Source: Planctomycetota bacterium (GTDB taxonomy: Bacteria; Planctomycetota; Phycisphaerae; WQYP01). From it: a stretch of 64,000 nucleotides of DNA. The stretch's first letter is position 1; each line of letters starts with the position of its first letter. Below, one piece after another: positions 21,127-27,727 of this stretch. The DNA lies in the NCBI GenBank assembly GCA_021818445.1, contig JAKAEB010000017.1, forward strand, positions 480 through 64,479, in the 5' to 3' direction. A program made the translations under genes and the position numbers. Under the pieces are notes generated by a model. That model was not told the origin of the DNA and searched no databases. It worked only from the letters and a program-made list of their open reading frames with translations.

Positions 21127-22461
21127 ATGTTTTTTTTCCAGTGTAAAATCCTGCGTTCAATGTTGTACGCGGCATTCGGCGGGGCGGCGGTACTGCTCGG
21201 ATCGGTCGTCCATGCGGCCAGCGTGGCAACCATTCATATTGCCGTCAGCCGGAAGGCGGTTGGAGATGGCCAGTGCGTAGTGGTGACCGCTGATGCGCTT
21301 ACAAGCCAAAATGCCCCGGTACCGGGACTGAGCGTACGGGCGTGGGTGAATGGCAAACCGTGGTGCGCCAGTGAACGCACATTGCCTTCCGGGGTGGCGC
21401 ATCTGCTTCTGCCGCTGCCCGATGTGGGCCGCAATGCCATAATTGTTCACGGCGGTGGGGTACTTTCCAACACGGCGGCGGTGCAGGTAAAGCGACGGCA
21501 TTTTCGTATCATCACCAACCCCCGCCACCTCATCGGCATGGAATATGAAACCTGGTTTGGTCCCGGTTACGCCCAATGGGGCCACGAGGAAGCCGAACCG
21601 ATACTTGGTCATTACAGTTCGCTGGACCCGCGCGTGCTGCGGCAGCAGACGCTGTGGTTTAATGAAATTGGTATTAATTTTGTCGAACTCGACTGGACCA
21701 ACAATCTCACCAAACCGTTCCCCGATGCGCCAGCCCGTGAATGTATTGCAGCTAATAAGGTATTATTTCATCTTTACGCCCATATGCGGCAGCATCCGAA
21801 GATTGTCTTTCTCATGGGGCCGGAACATAATTACTGGTTAAACCATACAACACCTTACACCGGGCCATGGTACAAGGCACAGTTAAATTACGTTTATTCC
21901 CATTTCATTAACAACCCGAAATATCGGCATTTGTATTTGCATTATCACGGCAAACCACTGCTGCTTTTATATCTCAACGGGCCGCGATCCAGCCACCCTC
22001 CCAAAGTGCATGACCCGCGTTTCACCATTCGGTACGTTGGGGCGTGGCTGCAATACACCAAGGAGAACCGTTATGGTGTATGGTCGTGGTATGACCAGAA
22101 AGCTACACCCACGTTTTACCACGGCCATGCCGAGGCGCTGACGGTTGCCAGCGGTTACCCCGCCATTAATTCCCCCGGTAATGGCCTGAACAATTGGCTT
22201 GCACCCGATGCTGGGGGAAAAAATTATGGCGAGACCTACCGCACGCAGTGGCGTGTCGCCGACCATTATCGACCGCATTTTTTATTCCTTTGTCAATGGA
22301 ACGAATTTGAACCACCGGATCAATACAATGTCAATCTCAGCAACGATATGGAGCCGACCCTGATGAGTGAGCTTGGTTCACATCGTCCCAGCGGCTGGGG
22401 TTTTTGTTATATGAATTTAACCCGCTGGGAAATTCAGCGCTACCAACGGATCAGTCATTAA
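21127..22461 (+). CDS. Secreted GH99-like TIM-barrel protein (family uncertain)
   Basis: Signal peptide (AAFGGAAVLLGSVVHAAS). IGMEYETWFGP...WGHEEAEPILGHYSSLDPRVLRQQTLWFNEIGINFVELDWTNN and CQWNEFEPP have the same motif order as the 7348..9156 protein. Confidence 0.6.
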   Translation: MFFFQCKILRSMLYAAFGGAAVLLGSVVHAASVATIHIAVSRKAVGDGQCVVVTADALTSQNAPVPGLSVRAWVNGKPWCASERTLPSGVAHLLLPLPDVGRNAIIVHGGGVLSNTAAVQVKRRHFRIITNPRHLIGMEYETWFGPGYAQWGHEEAEPILGHYSSLDPRVLRQQTLWFNEIGINFVELDWTNNLTKPFPDAPARECIAANKVLFHLYAHMRQHPKIVFLMGPEHNYWLNHTTPYTGPWYKAQLNYVYSHFINNPKYRHLYLHYHGKPLLLLYLNGPRSSHPPKVHDPRFTIRYVGAWLQYTKENRYGVWSWYDQKATPTFYHGHAEALTVASGYPAINSPGNGLNNWLAPDAGGKNYGETYRTQWRVADHYRPHFLFLCQWNEFEPPDQYNVNLSNDMEPTLMSELGSHRPSGWGFCYMNLTRWEIQRYQRISH

Positions 22462-22726
22462 TAAACGTGAGTTCGGGATAAGAAATTACGATGGTTATTG
22501 GTTCCCGACGATGTTCCCGCACCTGTACGTGGATCGTAGAAAATAGAGCGCGTATTTTTGATGCGGGGCACGCCATGCCGGGGCGTTTTTGACGCGCGTG
22601 CACCCTGCCCGCGGCTAAATGGGGTTGCGGGTGTGAAATGACTCTCAGCGTGTCCGCATCGCGATCGATACCGCAGGCATCGCGCGATTTGCTTCAGCGA
22701 TTATTGGTCCGCGGCGGCGCGGCTTT

Positions 22727-23563
22727 CTACACCGAACGCCCGACGGCCGAAAGTTTCCATAGCGCCGGATATACGCCGGTCAGGTCCTCGCGGCGGACAA
22801 TCCGCGGTGTGTGGGCGCTGTTGAGTGGCTCTAAAAATAGAAATTCGCCGCCTTGTTGTTTCACCCCGGACGCATCGACAAAATGAATCCGCTTGAAGGT
22901 GGTTGAAAAATTGTCACCGTCACCTAAGCGCACCAGACAGTCGTCACCATCCAGCGGCGTGCGATCGGCGGAAAAAATTACAATATCTCCCGGCTGATAC
23001 ACCGGCAGCATTGAATCGCCATCAATGCGCAGGGCAAAGCACCCATCCACCAATTCATTGGGTATGAGTATTTCGTCATCTGCGACATTGACTGGGTAGT
23101 CCAGGTCGGTCGCTTCCGTTGGTGCTCCGGCAGCCACGCGATTGATCAGCAGGGTTTTTTTTAATGGTATTGGCGTGAAGCGCTCCGGTGCAGCGTCGAC
23201 TGCATCATCCCAAACGGAATTGCTTGCCGGTGATGGGCGGGCGGGCAAATCCAAAGGTGCGGTATCAACGGAACGTGGGTCCGGAGTCGCCCGGTCAAAG
23301 TAGACTTGTTCACGTATCGATTCCGGCACCCGCAGCCAATCGGCGGCGCGGCATAATTCGCCCTCAGGCAGACCCAATGCGACTTCCAAGTCCGTCAGCT
23401 TGGAAGGACTGGGAGGACCGACGGCTCGCCCCGTTTCGATGTTGGATAGATACGGCTTGCTGATTTTGGCTCGATCCGCCAATTGGTCTTGCGTATATCC
23501 CCGATTTTGACGCAACTGGCGGATTTTTTGGCCAAATTCCGCCAAATTGGATGGATTTCGCAT
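22727..23563 (-). CDS. XRE-family HTH / S24 peptidase repressor (LexA/CI-like)
   Basis: Start moved to ATG 23563 (GGGGAGG upstream). HTH: FGQKIRQLRQNRGYTQDQLADRAKISKPYLSNIETG. S24 domain: LRIDGDSMLPVYQPGDIVIF (Ser nucleophile in GDSM) and TTFKRI (Lys). Confidence 0.85.
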   Translation of the reverse strand: MRNPSNLAEFGQKIRQLRQNRGYTQDQLADRAKISKPYLSNIETGRAVGPPSPSKLTDLEVALGLPEGELCRAADWLRVPESIREQVYFDRATPDPRSVDTAPLDLPARPSPASNSVWDDAVDAAPERFTPIPLKKTLLINRVAAGAPTEATDLDYPVNVADDEILIPNELVDGCFALRIDGDSMLPVYQPGDIVIFSADRTPLDGDDCLVRLGDGDNFSTTFKRIHFVDASGVKQQGGEFLFLEPLNSAHTPRIVRREDLTGVYPALWKLSAVGRSV

Positions 23564-23580
23564 GTTTTTTTCGCCTCCCC

Positions 23581-23604
23581 TATGTATGTTGGGTATCATA
23601 CATA
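23581..23604. promoter_or_regulatory. Perfect 8-bp inverted repeat with an 8-bp spacer; candidate autoregulatory operator of the XRE/S24 repressor
   Basis: TATGTATG-TTGGGTAT-CATACATA at 23581..23604, 18 nt upstream of the repressor start codon. Confidence 0.5.
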
Positions 23605-23914
23605 CTTACTCGCGGTGGGTCAAGTGGCATTCCGAATCAAACGAATCGCATTGAGACCGCCTGCGTTTCACTCTCCGCGCTGGAGAGCCTTTCTCCCCGC
23701 GCTCTGCCACCGCACGAGGCCATCGGCTTGATATTCGGCACCCGCATGAATGGGTAAATCGCTGTCCTTATTTTGCGCCCGATAGTATCGCTAATCGCGT
23801 GACACCTTGGGCGGTATTATCCTCGCCTTCCGGCCCAGCGCTCCATAACCTGAAAATATTATTTTTTCCTTGGTTTGTCGCCGCAATCGGTTAATATCCA
23901 CCACTCATCCGGAC

Positions 23915-24358
23915 GATACTACGGATGTGCTGATCGAATCGCGCAAGTGCAAATCAGTTGCGGATCGGCCAAGGTGAGTAAAAAAACAGTGGAGCCGGAG
24001 AGAGGATGAAGGAAACTGCTCCGGCTTGGGCCACAGGCGCTGGCGTATGCCAGCCGGGCTTGGCACAACTGGCAAGTTGGAGGCCTCCGTGTAAGGAGGG
24101 AGTGAGAGGTTTATCCCGCGCCGCGGAGAGACAAGTCGGCGCATCACGACCCAAGCCGGGAGTTGCGTAAGCAGCATGTCATCGGGTTTTGGTCGGTATG
24201 AAAAAGTCGCTCTGGACGTTGAGTGGGCGTTGTTACCGCGAGAGAGGGTGCAGGTGTTCTCATGTCCAGCATGACCAGCTCATCCCCGGAGGCAGGGGGA
24301 GAGCTGTGCTCCGGCAACTCTTCGACCAGGTTGGAGAGTTGCCGGGCTTTTTTGTTTT
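23915..24358 (+). ncRNA. Candidate structured non-coding RNA of unknown class (5' boundary approximate)
   Basis: About 440 nt with no credible ORF on either strand. Purine/G-rich on the plus strand. Perfect local hairpins: AGCCGGAG 23993..24000 with CTCCGGCT 24019..24026, and GCTGGC-GTAT-GCCAGC at 24039..24054. A 10-bp long-range complement: CCGGCTTGGG 24021..24030 with CCCAAGCCGG 24150..24159. Ends at a strong intrinsic terminator. Confidence 0.4.
24311..24358 (+). terminator. Rho-independent terminator
   Basis: 11-bp perfect stem CCGGCAACTCT (24311..24321) with AGAGTTGCCGG (24335..24345), a 13-nt loop, then GC-TTTTTT-G-TTTT. No plus-strand CDS lies upstream of it. Confidence 0.75.
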
Positions 24359-24450
24359 CGACCAACTCCGCGCAGCCAATTACCGTGGCCCCTACCGAGA
24401 CGGATTTAATATTGCGTCAAAGGCGGTCAGCCCCGTGCGGCGTTTGCCCA

Positions 24451-24876
24451 TCAAGCCGTCGGTGCCGGTGGTGCGGTTGTCAGATCGGATGTGCACTGCC
24501 CGCATCGTACAGCCTTAAGCGGAATGGCTGAACAGCAGAAAGGGCATTCCTTGGTTGTCGGGGCAGCGGTGGGTGGCGGCTTGGTTGTCAATTTATGAAT
24601 CTGGCCAATAACCAGCACCACAATGATGAATAGCGCCACAGCGATGATGAAAAAATTCAGCACGGCACCAATGAAATGCCCAATGAGAATTTTTTTCGCG
24701 ATAGTCCACTTGGTGTAACTTTGGCTTGGCGTAACGAAACTGATGCATGGCATGATGATGTCGTTGACCAACGCGGTGACAATTCCGCTGAAGGCCCCGC
24801 CAATGACAAATGCCACCGCCAGATCAATCAAATTTCCCTTGAACGCAAAATTCTTGAAATCCTTCAGAAGCGACAT
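24451..24876 (-). CDS. mscL: Large-conductance mechanosensitive channel MscL with a C-terminal CxxC..CxxC extension
   Basis: MSLLKDFKNFAFKGNLIDLAVAFVIGGAFSGIVTALVNDIIMP is the MscL TM1 signature. The tail KECPFCCSAIPLKAVRCGQCTS is a four-Cys zinc-ribbon-like motif. Confidence 0.9.
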   Translation of the reverse strand: MSLLKDFKNFAFKGNLIDLAVAFVIGGAFSGIVTALVNDIIMPCISFVTPSQSYTKWTIAKKILIGHFIGAVLNFFIIAVALFIIVVLVIGQIHKLTTKPPPTAAPTTKECPFCCSAIPLKAVRCGQCTSDLTTAPPAPTA

Positions 24877-25086
24877 GCACAAACTCCTTCTTCTTACTGC
24901 AAAGTTTTAACCACGATCCAGATGCAGGAATTCTAATTTAATTGGGCACCATCGCAAGGGGCTGGTTTTCAGTTTATGCCCAACATGAGCCTGTTTTACG
25001 TTAGCGAAAAATACCGTGCCGTCGGAACAGGCACCCCGCCGTGAGTGCTGTCATGGGATTTGCCCGGGACTTCTTTTGGCGGCGGA

Positions 25087-25971
25087 TCATATTTTAAGCG
25101 GTTTGGAGACAATCTCGCGCACCAACGCACTGGGAAACCGGCGACTGGCAGTGATGGCGTAAAAACTTTCCGTGATTCCATCTATGCGGTGTCGCTCTAC
25201 CAGAGTCCCGGCGGCAAGCTCACCTTTCACAACCACCGGTGGCACCAGCGTGAGGCCATTGTGATCGCGCGCCAGCAATCGCAGTGTTGCCATATCGTCC
25301 ACCTCCGCGGCAATGATGGGCCGAACGCCTAACCGATCCATCATCACATCAAAAAGCACGCGAATGCTGCTATCCAAGCTCGGAACAATTAAAGGGATAT
25401 TGCGCAGATCGTCGGGAAATTTCAGCGGCTGCGGCTTCTTCAGTGGCTTGCCAATCAGGCTTGCCGCCTGTTGGCTTATTAAATGCGAATGCCCGGCCAT
25501 CTGCGCATCGGCCCGCAAAGGAAAGTTGGAAAGCACCATATCCAGAGAATGGGATTGAAGTGCCGACAGCAATTCACGCATCGACCCTGAGCGTACCACC
25601 AATTCAACATTGGTTCTGTTGAGCAGGGGGGAGAGCAGGGCATGCTGAAAATTTCTGGATAGCGTGGCCACCGCACCAATACGCACCACCTGTCGCCGCC
25701 CGGGTGATCGCTGTTTGAGCGTGTCCATCAGCTCATCCCCGGTACGGAATATGACATCGGCATAATCCAGCACGAGGCGACCGGCTTCGGTGAGAATCAG
25801 TTGGCGTTTCCTGCGGTCGAAAAGTTTTTCTCCCAGCGAATCCTCCAGTTGCCGCAGTTGAATGCTCAGCGCCGACTGCGACACATTCAGATTCAGCGCC
25901 GCCCGGCTCAGATTACCCGTGTGTGCGATGGCACGAAAATAACGCAGGTGGTGGTAGTTCAAAAACCCCAT
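25087..25971 (-). CDS. LysR-family transcriptional regulator (NhaR-like), divergent from dabB
   Basis: LNYHHLRYFRAIAHTGNLSRAALNLNVSQSALSIQLRQLEDSLGEKLFDR is a LysR HTH. It is followed by a LysR substrate-binding domain. Confidence 0.9.
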   Translation of the reverse strand: MGFLNYHHLRYFRAIAHTGNLSRAALNLNVSQSALSIQLRQLEDSLGEKLFDRRKRQLILTEAGRLVLDYADVIFRTGDELMDTLKQRSPGRRQVVRIGAVATLSRNFQHALLSPLLNRTNVELVVRSGSMRELLSALQSHSLDMVLSNFPLRADAQMAGHSHLISQQAASLIGKPLKKPQPLKFPDDLRNIPLIVPSLDSSIRVLFDVMMDRLGVRPIIAAEVDDMATLRLLARDHNGLTLVPPVVVKGELAAGTLVERHRIDGITESFYAITASRRFPSALVREIVSKPLKI

Positions 25972-25977
25972 ATATGC

Positions 25978-25997
25978 ATTCTATAAAATATATGAAT
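25978..25997. promoter_or_regulatory. ATTC-N12-GAAT dyad in the AT-rich LysR/dabB divergent promoter region (candidate LysR site)
   Basis: ATTCTATAAAATATATGAAT lies in the 99-bp AT-rich spacer between the LysR start (25971) and the dabB start (26071). It contains a T-N11-A type core. The dabB RBS AAAGGAG is at 26058..26064. Confidence 0.3.
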
Positions 25998-26070
25998 TCG
26001 TTGCAAGATATATATTGTATATAACTATTGCCGCCGTACACTTCATTCAGGACAGACGAAAGGAGTCATT

Positions 26071-27708
26071 ATGTTTGAAGTCCTGCGAATCATTTCAGCC
26101 GTGCTGCCGGCGGCGGCACTGTGGGCCGCGAGCCTGGGTCGGGCCAGTGGCGGCATATCGGTTCAGCGGCGCAATCGGCTGGTGACCGGTGCCGCGTGGA
26201 CGAGTTTGGCCGCATCCACCTTGAGTGCCATTCTGGCGATTGGTGCCAGCCCGCTTGCCGCCAACATTGGTGGACATTGGTTCAATGCCGGTGTTTACAT
26301 CGACAACCTGTCGGTCGTGATGCTGATGCTGGTAAGCTTTCTTGCGGTGCTTATTACCCGCTATTCGGTCAGCTATCTGGGAGGGCATCCACGCCAGGAT
26401 CAATTCATGACCTGGCTGGCACGTACCATTGCCGCGGTGTTGACGCTGGTAGTGGTCGGTAATCTGCTGCTGTTCACTCTGGCCTGGGCTTTAATGAGTT
26501 TATGTCTGCATCAACTGCTGACCTTCAACGGCGATCGTCCTGCCGCAATCTTGGCAGCGCGAAAAAAGTTCATCGTCAGCCGATGTGGAGATTTGTGCCT
26601 CATAGCCGCGCTGATCATCAGCTACTACGCCTTTGGTACCTGGCAATTTCAGCCGCTTTTCGCGGCCGTCCATGCCGGCTTGCATAGCGGCTCAACCAAT
26701 ATGATCGCGTGGCTGCTGGTCGTCGCCGCCTGTTTAAAGTCGGCGCAATTTCCGTTTCACAGTTGGCTGCCCGACACCATGGAAACACCCACACCGGTCT
26801 CGGCACTTATGCACGCGGGAATCATTAACGCCGGCGGGTTTTTGCTCATCCGCTTTGCGCCCCTGCTTGCGCAGTGCCCCACGCCCCTTATGGTGCTTGC
26901 CGTTGCCGGAATTGCCACCACATTGACCGGCTCGCTGGCCATGATGACGCAAACCAATATCAAGCGGCAGTTGGCGTATTCCACCGTGGCCCAGATGGGA
27001 TTTATGATGCTGGAGTGCGGTCTCGGTGCCTTTGGCCTTGCCTTGCTGCACCTGGTGGCCCACGGATTGTACAAATCGCACGCGTTTTTAAGCTCGGGCA
27101 GCACGGTAAAAAACGCCCCCATTATGCAATTTAGAAGGGTTTACAGGCATCATCACTTTGCCGCTGATCTCGCCGCGCTTGCCGCAGCGGTGGTATTGCT
27201 GGGCATCGGCGTCGGGATGGCACTGCACGGAAGTATCCAAGCCAGTAATTTTCCATTACTTGAGGCGGCGGCCATATCATGGTGTCTGCTGGTGTGGCGA
27301 GCCATTGCCGGGCGGTACAGCCGAGGTGCCGTCACGCGGTGGGTGGCAGGTTTTGCGCTTATCGTCGCGGCCTATCCACTGCTTGCTGGTGTATCGGCCC
27401 TTATCATCGACGGAAATCACCTCGTCACCGGGGTCGGGGCCGTCAAGGCGCTACCGGCCCAATCGTGGACGCTTTCAGCGGTCATCGGCATCGTGCTCCT
27501 GGTGATGGGCCTGTTTCAATGGCACGTCATCAGCGGCCGAAAGCCAGCATTCATGCGATCCGTGTATGTACATGCCCTGAGCGGCTTTTACATTGGCATA
27601 ATCGCCAATCGATTCACGGCTTGGGTTTGGTCAATGGCCGATGGCTTTTTGAAATCGGCCCAGCCGTCATCCCAAGGCCACGCGACACAAATTTCACCCC
27701 TTTACTGA
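26071..27708 (+). CDS. dabB: DabB, NuoL/NdhF/MnhA-like proton-conducting membrane subunit of the DAB inorganic-carbon pump
   Basis: Polytopic protein with the PF00361-type core KSAQFPFHSWLPDTMETPTPVSALMHAGIINAGGFLLIRF. It is followed immediately by a DUF2309/DabA gene. Confidence 0.85.
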   Translation: MFEVLRIISAVLPAAALWAASLGRASGGISVQRRNRLVTGAAWTSLAASTLSAILAIGASPLAANIGGHWFNAGVYIDNLSVVMLMLVSFLAVLITRYSVSYLGGHPRQDQFMTWLARTIAAVLTLVVVGNLLLFTLAWALMSLCLHQLLTFNGDRPAAILAARKKFIVSRCGDLCLIAALIISYYAFGTWQFQPLFAAVHAGLHSGSTNMIAWLLVVAACLKSAQFPFHSWLPDTMETPTPVSALMHAGIINAGGFLLIRFAPLLAQCPTPLMVLAVAGIATTLTGSLAMMTQTNIKRQLAYSTVAQMGFMMLECGLGAFGLALLHLVAHGLYKSHAFLSSGSTVKNAPIMQFRRVYRHHHFAADLAALAAAVVLLGIGVGMALHGSIQASNFPLLEAAAISWCLLVWRAIAGRYSRGAVTRWVAGFALIVAAYPLLAGVSALIIDGNHLVTGVGAVKALPAQSWTLSAVIGIVLLVMGLFQWHVISGRKPAFMRSVYVHALSGFYIGIIANRFTAWVWSMADGFLKSAQPSSQGHATQISPLY

Positions 27709-27727
27709 CCGAAAGGATGCGCTCACC

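Noticed and set aside
23915-24358. Calling the structured segment RNase P RNA, tmRNA, SRP RNA or a riboswitch
   Set aside because: I could not find the universal RNase P motifs (GGAAAGUCC, ACAGAA.CCGGCUUA), a tmRNA 3' tRNA-like T-arm with CCA or a tag reading frame, or the SRP domain IV motif. No downstream plus-strand gene exists for a riboswitch to control. It is kept only as an unclassified candidate.
22462-24450. Prophage or integrated element around the XRE/S24 repressor
   Set aside because: No integrase, excisionase, structural or replication genes are present. No tRNA or att-like direct repeats were seen flanking the region.
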